A stretch of DNA of 32,000 bases. Source: Moraxella nasicaprae (GTDB taxonomy: Bacteria > Pseudomonadota > Gammaproteobacteria > Pseudomonadales > Moraxellaceae). The notes below the pieces were generated by a model, which was not told the origin of the DNA, searched no databases, and saw only the letters and a list, made by a program, of their open reading frames with translations. The stretch covers positions 120,001 through 152,000 of the forward strand of contig NZ_CP089977.1 in the NCBI RefSeq assembly GCF_025643275.1, given 5' to 3'. The translations under genes and the position numbers were made by a program. The first letter of the stretch is position 1, and each line of letters begins with the position of its first letter. Shown piece after piece: positions 18,411-26,989 of this stretch.

Positions 18411-20981
18411 CTATTTGGCTTGCTTTTTGGCAGCTGCCTCAGCCTCTTCTTTGAGCCATTTTTCGCCTTTTAGCTCCTCTACCGTTGGGCGAGCAACCAC
18501 AGGCACATCTTTAATGCCCATTTCGTGGAAACCAAATGCAGTCACCAGCGTCATTGCCTCTTTGGTAGCGGCAGGTGTTCTAGCACCGTGACCCTGATCT
18601 TCATCAGCAAATAGCAAGGTTGGGTTGGCACAAGACTGATTTTCCTGCAATGCCGCTGCAAACTTATAAGAATGGAATGGTAATACACGGTCATCACGCT
18701 TAGAGGTCATCACCAGCGTTGATGGATAGCACACACCTGCACGCACATTATGATATGGCGAATAAGATTTTAGGTAGCGGTACATCTCTTTGCTGTCGTA
18801 CGCTGAGCCGTATTCACCGTCCCAAATGCCCTTATAAAAACGCTGGTCATGACGAAGCATATCAAGCACACCCACTTGTGGGAACGCTACACGATATTTT
18901 TCAGGATTTAGCGTCATTGATGCACCAACCAGCAGACCACCATTCGAACCACCGATGATTGCCAGATATTCAGGTGAGGTATAGCCGTTGGCTGTCAAGT
19001 AATCCGCAGCCGCCTCAAAATCATCAAAGACATTGAGTTTGTTTTGGAATTTACCTTGTTCATGCCATGCTTCGCCATATTCAGCACCGCCACGCAAGTG
19101 TGGACGAACAAAGACACCGCCATGCTCCAACCAAGGCACATTACGCAGGCTAAAATTAGCGGTATCTTTGACCGCAAAACCACCGTATGCCAGCATCAAT
19201 GTTGGGTTTTTGCCATTCAGCACCGTACCCTTTTTATAGGAAATGCTCATTGGAATTTCTGTACCATCTTTTGATTTATACTTAACCAATTTGATTTCAT
19301 AATCATTGTGGTTAAATGGGAATAAATCACGACGACGCACATCAATAAATTCGCCTTTGCTGATGCTGTATTTGTACACCGTACGAGGCGTAATAGGATT
19401 TTGGAAACGGAATGACAGATGGCTTTCATCGCCTGATTTTACATCAGTGCTCTTGCTGTCAATCTCGGTTTCGCCAGCCACATAGCTGAACAAATCTGTA
19501 ATCTCGCCAACCGCACTAGGGGTCAAATCTTTTAGCGGATTACCCTTGGCATCTGTTAAGATGACACGATGTTGACCATCTTTGCTGTACTTGATTAAAA
19601 AATAGCCTTGACCTTCTTTATGATAAATCGCCTCTTCCATCTGGTCGTAAGCCGTATTAGCAGGCACAACCACTTCACGCTGTTTTAGATTGTGAATATT
19701 GGTCTTAATAAGCTCGCCATGCTGCTCATCATTTTCGCCAGAAATCAACCACAAATCGCCTGTTTTGGTGTCTAAATGCACAAAACTTGCCAATACGAAA
19801 TGTTCAGCATATTTGCGGTTTTTGTCCGCCTGTTTTTGGTTGTACGGGCGGTACAATTTGCCAGTTTTCAAATCTTTGATGACAAAGGCATCTTGACCAA
19901 CATAAGTGCTAATAACCATGTAACGCTTATCATCACCCTCTAATCCCATACCCATAATGGCAGCATTGAGATGAGACCAATGTACTTCGATGGGGTCGTC
20001 AAAGCGTTTTTTATTCAAATCACGGCGTAGAATTGTAGCAGGGTTGGTTGCCATGTCGCTATAAAAGAAAGTATCATTATCTAGCCACTCAACCGCCAAA
20101 CCACGAGAGTCAATCTGGCGACCAACAATCACAGACCTACCCACTTCCTTACCCGTGGTGGTCTCATAAACATGCAGCTTAACCTGATCGCTATCGGCAT
20201 AGCCAGAACTGAGCAGCAGCACCACATGACTGCCCGATTCATTAACATACATATCGCCATTGGTAAGATGGCGTTTTGAATCTGCCTCGCTCCATAGTAA
20301 TTTTTCTACACCATTGCCATCAATGTACACCATGCGAGTATTGGTGTCTTCACCACGAAACAGTTTTAGCTCCCCGCCTGCTTTTACTGGGCTTTTGCGA
20401 ATCAAATGCTCTCTGGCGTATAGGCTTTCAACATTTTGGCGAACTTTATCCACAAATGGGATATTATTCACATAGTCACGAGAGTCAGCATTTTGGGCAT
20501 CAACCCATTGTGTGACTTCACTGGTAGGGCGATTTTCATCGATTTTTTGTAGGCTTTTTAGGGCACGGTTATCCATCTGACCGTTAGGAATGTCAGATTC
20601 TGAACGAGTGCCAATGAAGTTTCTTTGACGTTCTTCGTTGGTTTCTTTGGCATATTCTGGAGAGATGTGGTCTAATTCCTCAAACCAGCGATATTTATCC
20701 ACCACTTTTTCGCCAAAATAATGGTCAATGCCATCATCAACCTTAGCACCAGAATGTACCGAAAAATTCGCTCGACCCTCTGAGGATAGGTTTTCTGGTC
20801 TGCCAGTTTCGCCTGTCAAGAAGCGGTCTTCTTTTGACTGATGGGTACGAGTGGCTGGATATTGATGTTGATTGGTGGTAGCTTGGGCATTTGCCATCGG
20901 TGCTTGCACGGTGGTGCATTGGGTCAGATACATACCTGACAACACCATAGCGGTCAAGGTAGCAATTTTATTAAATTTCAT
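18411..20981 (-). CDS. Exported prolyl oligopeptidase (peptidase family S9A), ~856 aa
   Basis: N-terminal-region YRWFEE and WVDAQN motifs. Catalytic serine in IIGGSNGGLLVGA, Asp in SKRDDRVLPFHSYKF and His in DEDQGHGA. The start is reset to the ATG at 20981 (MKFNKIATLTAMVLSGMYLTQCTTVQAPMANA, signal-peptide-like) with a GGGAG Shine-Dalgarno. The ORF-track start at 21053 adds 24 implausible residues. Confidence 0.8.
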   Translation of the reverse strand: MKFNKIATLTAMVLSGMYLTQCTTVQAPMANAQATTNQHQYPATRTHQSKEDRFLTGETGRPENLSSEGRANFSVHSGAKVDDGIDHYFGEKVVDKYRWFEELDHISPEYAKETNEERQRNFIGTRSESDIPNGQMDNRALKSLQKIDENRPTSEVTQWVDAQNADSRDYVNNIPFVDKVRQNVESLYAREHLIRKSPVKAGGELKLFRGEDTNTRMVYIDGNGVEKLLWSEADSKRHLTNGDMYVNESGSHVVLLLSSGYADSDQVKLHVYETTTGKEVGRSVIVGRQIDSRGLAVEWLDNDTFFYSDMATNPATILRRDLNKKRFDDPIEVHWSHLNAAIMGMGLEGDDKRYMVISTYVGQDAFVIKDLKTGKLYRPYNQKQADKNRKYAEHFVLASFVHLDTKTGDLWLISGENDEQHGELIKTNIHNLKQREVVVPANTAYDQMEEAIYHKEGQGYFLIKYSKDGQHRVILTDAKGNPLKDLTPSAVGEITDLFSYVAGETEIDSKSTDVKSGDESHLSFRFQNPITPRTVYKYSISKGEFIDVRRRDLFPFNHNDYEIKLVKYKSKDGTEIPMSISYKKGTVLNGKNPTLMLAYGGFAVKDTANFSLRNVPWLEHGGVFVRPHLRGGAEYGEAWHEQGKFQNKLNVFDDFEAAADYLTANGYTSPEYLAIIGGSNGGLLVGASMTLNPEKYRVAFPQVGVLDMLRHDQRFYKGIWDGEYGSAYDSKEMYRYLKSYSPYHNVRAGVCYPSTLVMTSKRDDRVLPFHSYKFAAALQENQSCANPTLLFADEDQGHGARTPAATKEAMTLVTAFGFHEMGIKDVPVVARPTVEELKGEKWLKEEAEAAAKKQAK

Positions 20982-21018
20982 GATAACTCCCATTATCATT
21001 ACTGGGTCAATCATTGAT

Positions 21019-21044
21019 ACTTGGTGCAAAATAATGCACCAAGT
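21019..21044 (-). other. Hairpin between porin and oligopeptidase genes; possible partial terminator or mRNA stabiliser
   Basis: A 10-bp stem acttggtgca/tgcaccaagt with a 6-nt loop. No U-tract follows it on either strand. Confidence 0.3.
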
Positions 21045-21073
21045 CCTGTCCATATATCAAATACTAGGCGTGA

Positions 21074-22279
21074 TTAGAAAACAAAAGAAACGCCCAGACG
21101 GTATGAAGTGTTATCCAATTTGGCATAATCACGACCTTCTTGCTTGGCTTGCACTTCCTCTTTTTGAGCCTGACCGTAGAAGCGTAGATTTTCACGAGCG
21201 TAATAATCGCCACGCACATAAGCCTGCTGCTCTTCTAGCTTTTCAAACATGAATGGGAAAGACATCTGAGCACTTAGACCAGCGGTATTTGGGTTAAAGA
21301 CATAGCCACCAGCCCCATCTTCGACATAAAATTGACCCAATAGCTGATCGGTTGCATCCTGAGCGGTCAGACCATTGGCATATTTTCTATCGCTCTCTTT
21401 TTTGCCATAGCCTGCCACGATATTAAAGCGTGGTGTTACCTCAAAGCCTAGCTTAAAGCCTAGATAATCACTATCTACGCCAGCCACTGTCTGACCGTTT
21501 AGCTTGGCATCACGACGACCATAGTCTGCCGCTGCCAAGAATCGACCAGCACGATACTCCAATGAAGCAGCATAATTGTCCGACTTAGCATCAAAAGCAT
21601 CGGTGGTTTGTGGATTGGCTCGGTTATTGCTATAACCTGCCGCTAGTCGTAGGCTTTGATTGTCTGTGATTGGTAGCTTGTAGCTTGCTGACGCACCATA
21701 GCCCTCAACTTCGGCAAAATCTTGCTCGCTACGCACATCATTTGATGATGGCAATAGATAGTAAGCACTGGTGTGCAAGTTTGGCAACCCATAATAATCC
21801 AAACGCACTGCTTGCTCACCAAAAGTATCTAATGGTGTGTAAGTACCTGTACGAGTCACATGACCTGTGTGTAGGTACTGACGACCCAAAGTAATCGCAC
21901 CAACATTAAGTTTATCCAATGAAACATTGGCAGAGTTTAGATAAGTGCCACTACCTGCCTGAGTGTAACCCATGCCCAAAGTTCCAGTCACACGCCAATC
22001 ATTTGGCAGGGTTTGAGAGGCACGAAAATCAATCCAAGAAGAACCTTGGTCTGCCGCCAAACGCACACGCTCATCGCTAGCGTCTTGGTATAGACCTTTT
22101 AGGATTGGAAATTGACCCTCGATTTCTTTTTTATCGGTTTCGGCATACAAATTTACCTCGCCGTTAATATCTAGGCTTAGACCATCTTGTTTGTATAGAT
22201 TAAAAATTGCATGAGCAGAATTTGCTGCTGCCAATACGCCAGCTGTTGCAATCATGGTTGATAGTAGAGTCTTTTTCAT
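21074..22279 (-). CDS. Outer-membrane general porin (gram-negative porin-like beta-barrel), 401 aa
   Basis: Signal peptide MKKTLLSTMIATAGVLAAANSAHA, alternating amphipathic beta-strand pattern and C-terminal ...YRLGVSFVF (terminal Phe). Blocks such as ITLGRQY, VRLDYYGLPNLHTSAYY and EGYGASASY are reminiscent of Neisseria-type porins. Confidence 0.7.
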   Translation of the reverse strand: MKKTLLSTMIATAGVLAAANSAHAIFNLYKQDGLSLDINGEVNLYAETDKKEIEGQFPILKGLYQDASDERVRLAADQGSSWIDFRASQTLPNDWRVTGTLGMGYTQAGSGTYLNSANVSLDKLNVGAITLGRQYLHTGHVTRTGTYTPLDTFGEQAVRLDYYGLPNLHTSAYYLLPSSNDVRSEQDFAEVEGYGASASYKLPITDNQSLRLAAGYSNNRANPQTTDAFDAKSDNYAASLEYRAGRFLAAADYGRRDAKLNGQTVAGVDSDYLGFKLGFEVTPRFNIVAGYGKKESDRKYANGLTAQDATDQLLGQFYVEDGAGGYVFNPNTAGLSAQMSFPFMFEKLEEQQAYVRGDYYARENLRFYGQAQKEEVQAKQEGRDYAKLDNTSYRLGVSFVF

Positions 22280-22308
22280 CTTTTTTTCCTTAAAAAAATT
22301 AAATCAAA

Positions 22309-23535
22309 TTACCAATAAAATACCGTGCCTAGTGCATAAGAATCATCAACATTTTTGGCAAAGTCGCCATCTGTTAGGCTGTATTTGGTGGTTTCTCGTT
22401 TGACATCAGCAAAGACAGACGCATTGCGATGAATGTTAAAGGAAGCACCAACACCATACATATCACGGTTGATTTTCTTAAATAGCTGGGTTTCTTGGAT
22501 TGGTTGTTTGCCATCGGCGTACAAGGCGTTGTTATAAAGCGTCTCGAAGTTTAGATTCACGCCATCAGCCTCGTTGGAAGTTGTGCGTCTAGCACCATAA
22601 AAACCATAAGTGCTCAGGCGTGGCGTGATTTCATAGCTAAGACGCACGCCAGCAGTTTTGGTTTTGGCATCGCTGATGATATTGCCATGATAATCAGACT
22701 TAGAAACACCGCCATCGACCGATAAAGTGGTCTTATAGTAATTGTAGCGAATGCCTGCCATGACCGCATCTTTATCTTGTGCCACAGAGTTGCTTTGTAG
22801 GTCATGTCGTCTTTGGCTGTGCGAATAGCCTACTCGCATATCCAAGTCATTACGCAAACCAAAAGAATGCTGATACGAAGCGGTTGCACCGTATCCTTTT
22901 TCGATACCTGTATCAACAGAGCCTGCGGCGTTTGGCATATCAGCAAAAGCATAATAAGCACCCAGACGCAGATTTGGGATTTGTTTATAGCGAATATCGA
23001 CCGAAGTACCTTGTCTGTCAAGCGTATTATAAGTGCCAGAAGTACCAACACTACTGGTTGGCAATCTGCCATTGATGTTCAAAGTCAGCTCGCCCAGCTT
23101 GTCATAATCAAGACTTAAATCACCGACAAAAATCTGGTCGCCAGCAAAATAGGTGCTGATACCAAGAGAGCCTCTCGCTTTGATGTCTGTATTGATGTTT
23201 TGACTGACATCAAAACCAATCCAACCACCATCAAACCCTTGCAAACGCAAGCGTTCATCGGTAGTACGGCTATTTTCGTAGCGAAGCAGGCGTTCTAGAT
23301 TGCCCTTTCTGATGGCAGAGCCGTCCGTACTCCATCTATCGAGTGCTCGCAAATCGCCATACAGGTAGGTAAATTTTGAGGAATTTTGTGTCAAGGTAGG
23401 GGCAAGAGAGCCAGACACATTCACGGTCATGTGGTCTTTGTTGTAAGTACGGTCTAATTCAACCGCTTGGGCAGACATTGCAGTACCAACCGCTAAAGCT
23501 GTCGCCAAACCAACAAAAAGATTAGTTAATTTCAT
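22309..23535 (-). CDS. Outer-membrane porin, diverged paralog of the downstream porin, ~408 aa
   Basis: Start reset to the ATG at 23535 (MKLTNLFVGLATALAVGTAMSAQA signal peptide, AAGGAA Shine-Dalgarno). C-terminal ...YALGTVFYW. It shares blocks with the neighbouring porin: DERLRLQGFDGGWIGFDVSQ, GTYNTLDRQGTSVDIRYKQIPNLRLGAYY and KGYGATASY. Confidence 0.65.
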   Translation of the reverse strand: MKLTNLFVGLATALAVGTAMSAQAVELDRTYNKDHMTVNVSGSLAPTLTQNSSKFTYLYGDLRALDRWSTDGSAIRKGNLERLLRYENSRTTDERLRLQGFDGGWIGFDVSQNINTDIKARGSLGISTYFAGDQIFVGDLSLDYDKLGELTLNINGRLPTSSVGTSGTYNTLDRQGTSVDIRYKQIPNLRLGAYYAFADMPNAAGSVDTGIEKGYGATASYQHSFGLRNDLDMRVGYSHSQRRHDLQSNSVAQDKDAVMAGIRYNYYKTTLSVDGGVSKSDYHGNIISDAKTKTAGVRLSYEITPRLSTYGFYGARRTTSNEADGVNLNFETLYNNALYADGKQPIQETQLFKKINRDMYGVGASFNIHRNASVFADVKRETTKYSLTDGDFAKNVDDSYALGTVFYW

Positions 23536-23855
23536 AAACAAGCATTCCTTCACTTGTGCTTGGAATTAGATTGTCCCAATAAGTATCGCAAATAACACAT
23601 ATCGTCAATCGGTTGCAATCATAACTGATAAGATTAAAAAAATGCAACTAAAATTTACAATTATTGTCAAAATATTGCTATTTTATGGCTAAATGCTAAC
23701 AATGTTGATTGATTGATAAAATTTTTCAATAATCAATCGTTAATAATTGCTCAAAAAATCAACATAATAATAATGTTATTTCATTTTGTTCTGATAATGT
23801 GGCTAATCTTGTCGTCAAGAAGCCATCACAAAAAATGTCATATCTTTCATAACAC

Positions 23856-23892
23856 ACTAAAAATCCCCCAAGCCAATCCGCTTGGGGGATTT
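23856..23892 (-). terminator. Intrinsic terminator after apaH
   Basis: A 13-bp stem aaatcccccaagc/gcttgggggattt with a 6-nt loop. On the minus strand the hairpin runs into TTTTT (gggggatttttag). It lies 36 nt past the apaH stop. Confidence 0.75.
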
Positions 23893-23927
23893 GTTGATGA
23901 GTCATCCAGATTGGTCAATCCATGATG

Positions 23928-24755
23928 TCATTTGATTTCGATGATTTTGCCATCGCCCAAACGATATGCCACAAGACTACCTCCCCAGACACACCCTCCA
24001 TCTAAGGCACGCACATTTTTGGTATCTACCTGTGCTTTTAGAGCCGCCCAATGCCCAAACAAAATTCGTCTTTCTCGCACCACATACCAGTCAAACCAAG
24101 GACGAAAATCACTTGGCATTTCATCTTTTAAAGACTCTTTAAAGGAAAATTCAAGCAAGCCATCTTGGGTGCATAGACGCATTCTGGTTAGATAATTGGC
24201 AATGGCACGCATTCTTTGGTATCCGTGCAGTTTGTCTGACCAAACATCGGCTTTTTTGCTGTATAATTTTGGCAATAGTCGGTCAAGCTGTTTTAGGCTA
24301 CCAGAGAGTTGGTTTTGTAACTCTTGGGCGTATTTTTGAGCCTCTTTGATTTGCCAATTTGGCGGTATGCCAGCGTGTGTCAAGACGGTTTTTTCGTCTG
24401 GATACAACAATAAAGGCTGTTTGCGCAACCAGTTTAACAGCTCATCACAATCATCAGCCTCAAAAATTGCAGCGGTTTTATCTTTTGGCTTGATGGGTAA
24501 AACGCCACGCCAAGTCGCTATCAGTGTGATGTCATGATTACCCAGCACGGTGGCTAATGCTCCTTTATCAGCCAGTCGCTTGGTCTCTCGCAGTGTCGCC
24601 AAAGAATCCTCGCCTCGTGCCACAATGTCGCCAGCCAGCCATAGCTTGTCTTGATTTTCATCAAAATCCAAGACTTTTAGCAAGCGATTAAACGCTCCAA
24701 AACACCCTTGCAAATCGCCAATCACATACTGATGGCGATAATCGTTTCTTATCAT
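23928..24755 (-). CDS. apaH: Bis(5'-nucleosyl)-tetraphosphatase, symmetrical (Ap4A hydrolase)
   Basis: Metallophosphatase motifs [29 protein letters not shown] and LTHAGI. The start overlaps the rsmA stop by 4 nt. Confidence 0.9.
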   Translation of the reverse strand: MIRNDYRHQYVIGDLQGCFGAFNRLLKVLDFDENQDKLWLAGDIVARGEDSLATLRETKRLADKGALATVLGNHDITLIATWRGVLPIKPKDKTAAIFEADDCDELLNWLRKQPLLLYPDEKTVLTHAGIPPNWQIKEAQKYAQELQNQLSGSLKQLDRLLPKLYSKKADVWSDKLHGYQRMRAIANYLTRMRLCTQDGLLEFSFKESLKDEMPSDFRPWFDWYVVRERRILFGHWAALKAQVDTKNVRALDGGCVWGGSLVAYRLGDGKIIEIK

Positions 24756-25606
24756 AACTTACCCTGCTTATCAACCACCAAATCTGCCAATGCCACAAAA
24801 TCCACCACGCTCAGCGTCTCTGGACGAGCTTGTGGATTGATGCCAGCTTGCTCAAATGCTGTCTCATCTAGACTTGATAAGAGTGCATTATTCTTAAAAA
24901 TCGCTCGCAAAGTCTTACGGCGATGATTAAACACCTCTCGCACCACGATGGCAAAAACTCGCTCATCTTTGGCAGTGATGGGCTTGGTGTCATAAGGAAT
25001 AAGGCGAAAAACTGCACTGGTAACTTTGGGCGGTGGATTAAACGCCCCTTTTGGCACGGTCAATAAATATTCAGATTGGCAATGGTACTGCATGATGACC
25101 GATAATCTGCCATATTCTTTGGTGGCAGGCTCAGCGGTAATGCGTTCTACGACCTCTTTTTGGAGCATAAAGTGCATGTCCTTGATGACATCACTAAATT
25201 CAAGCAAGCGAAACAAAATCGGCGTGGAAATATTGTATGGCAAATTACCCACCACACGAAACGCCCCCTTGCCCACCTGCTCGGCAAGATTTCGATAATC
25301 CACCTCCATCGCATTGTCATTGATGATGGTAAAATCAGGGTGGCTGTTTGCTCCAATGTTGATTTTGAGTGCACTTGCCAAATCACGGTCAAGCTCAATC
25401 ACGGTCATGCCGTCCACTTCGGCAAGCAAAGGCTCAGTCAATGCACCAAGCCCTGGACCGATTTCTAACAAATTATCATCACGCATCAATCGAATACTAC
25501 TGACAATCTGAGCAATGACATTGGTGTCGTGTAGAAAATTTTGCCCAAAGCGTTTGCGTGGCGTATGATTGGCGTTTTGTGGAGATTTTGGAATGATGTA
25601 AGTCAT
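24752..25606 (-). CDS. rsmA: 16S rRNA (adenine1518/1519-N6)-dimethyltransferase
   Basis: [35 protein letters not shown] and [15 protein letters not shown]. Confidence 0.93.
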   Translation of the reverse strand: MTYIIPKSPQNANHTPRKRFGQNFLHDTNVIAQIVSSIRLMRDDNLLEIGPGLGALTEPLLAEVDGMTVIELDRDLASALKINIGANSHPDFTIINDNAMEVDYRNLAEQVGKGAFRVVGNLPYNISTPILFRLLEFSDVIKDMHFMLQKEVVERITAEPATKEYGRLSVIMQYHCQSEYLLTVPKGAFNPPPKVTSAVFRLIPYDTKPITAKDERVFAIVVREVFNHRRKTLRAIFKNNALLSSLDETAFEQAGINPQARPETLSVVDFVALADLVVDKQGKL

Positions 25607-25662
25607 TGTTCAACTTCTTTTGTTTTATAAAATTAAAAATTAAGGCGTAGCGGTAAATCCAA

Positions 25663-26724
25663 TCAAGGCATGGACGCTGCAATCATCTGATACGCCTGTC
25701 TGATTGCCTGTGCTAAACTGCTGCTTGATGCCTTGCCAGTTCCCGCCAAATCAAGAGCCGTGCCATGATCGACAGAAGTGCGAATATAAGGCAGTCCCAA
25801 AGTAATGTTCACGGTGTCACCAAACCCATGTGATTTTAGCGGTGCAAGACCTTGGTCGTGATACATGGCAATGATGGCATCTGCTCGTGCCAAATGATGT
25901 TTGGTAAATAAAGTATCAGCTGGCATACTTAGTGAAATATCCATGCCCTGCTTGGCAAAATCCGCCAACACAGGGTCAATGATGGTCATCTCCTCATCGC
26001 CCAGATGACCGCCCTCGCCTGCGTGTGGGTTGAGTCCACACACCAAGATGGTCGGATTGGCGATGCCAAATTGCTTGGTGAGTGCCTCATGCGTGATTTT
26101 TACCGTATTGGCAACCTCATCAGGCGTGATGGCATCTGCCACCTGTCTAAGCGGTAGATGCGTGGTAACCAATGCCACTTTCATCGTGCGATTGGCAAGC
26201 ATCATCACCACTTTGTCGCAGCCTGCTTTGTGCATGAAATATTCGGTATGTCCGCTAAACATATCGCCATTATCCAAGCTGATGCCAGCGTCAATCATCA
26301 CAGACTTTTGGATTGGGGCAGTGATAATCGCTTGCACGAATTGTTGGCTGGCAAGCGTATGAGCAGCTGATAACTGTTGCTCGACCATGTAAGCATTTTG
26401 TACAGACAATGCACCTGCTTTGACTGGCTCACGACAAACCACGTTTAATATCACAATTTGGCAAGCTGATGAATGCGTGTGATGCCAAACCATTTGCTCT
26501 TGCCAATCTGCACCAAACTCAATCACAGGATATGTTGGCAATGAATAACCAAGCAATGTCGCCCTGTCATACAATGCCTGCTTATCGGCGGCGATGATGA
26601 CAAGTCCTGACAAAAGCTGCGACTGATTCGCCAACACATCAATCACAATATCCATACCAATACCCGCAGGTTCGCCTGTGGTGATAAGAATGGCAGGTTT
26701 TTTGTCAAAATGCTTGGCGTTCAT
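25663..26724 (-). CDS. pdxA: 4-hydroxythreonine-4-phosphate dehydrogenase
   Basis: ILITTGEPAGIGMDIV, GHTEYF, GLNPHAGEGGHLG and RTSVDHGTALDLAGTGKA. Start reset to the ATG at 26724 (MNAKHFDKKPAILITTGEP). The ORF-track start at 26898 adds 58 non-homologous residues. Confidence 0.9.
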   Translation of the reverse strand: MNAKHFDKKPAILITTGEPAGIGMDIVIDVLANQSQLLSGLVIIAADKQALYDRATLLGYSLPTYPVIEFGADWQEQMVWHHTHSSACQIVILNVVCREPVKAGALSVQNAYMVEQQLSAAHTLASQQFVQAIITAPIQKSVMIDAGISLDNGDMFSGHTEYFMHKAGCDKVVMMLANRTMKVALVTTHLPLRQVADAITPDEVANTVKITHEALTKQFGIANPTILVCGLNPHAGEGGHLGDEEMTIIDPVLADFAKQGMDISLSMPADTLFTKHHLARADAIIAMYHDQGLAPLKSHGFGDTVNITLGLPYIRTSVDHGTALDLAGTGKASSSSLAQAIRQAYQMIAASMP

Positions 26725-26989
26725 ATTATGCCTTTTGATTGGTTTTATGATAAAATAAAAAACTAGATTGTAACACAAAAGCCAATCACGCCCAATATTT
26801 TTTATCCGATTCCACTCATATTGCCCAGTTATTTTCCAAAAAATACAATCAATACAGGCATATGGTTGATGAATGGGTGATTGACAAAATACCAACACCA
26901 GTCAAACCACCAAATGCGTGTTTTTATTGGTAATGTTATCTTATTTTTTAATATTGCTAATAAAATAGCAAATCACCCAACCATCACTA

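Noticed and set aside
20872-21252. A 126-aa plus-strand ORF spanning the oligopeptidase start, the intergenic hairpin and the porin 3' end.
   Set aside because: It crosses two real genes on the opposite strand and a hairpin, and has neither a Shine-Dalgarno nor a motif. It looks like a shadow ORF.
23713-23925. A 70-aa plus-strand ORF in the AT-rich region upstream of the porin, with a hydrophobic middle (IIIMLFHFVLIMWLILSS).
   Set aside because: It starts at a TTG in very AT-rich DNA, where hydrophobic codons arise by composition. It reads straight through the apaH terminator hairpin (23861-23892) and has no Shine-Dalgarno. This is more likely a promoter or leader region for the porin genes.
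26725-26898. Over-extended 5' ends in the ORF track: pdxA to 26898, oligopeptidase to 21053, xseA from 16730, alr from 28344, SIMPL protein from 29882, porin to 23553.
   Set aside because: The extensions add non-homologous residues, overlap upstream genes or terminators, or precede an obvious signal peptide or conserved N-terminus that has a better Shine-Dalgarno. The internal starts were used instead.
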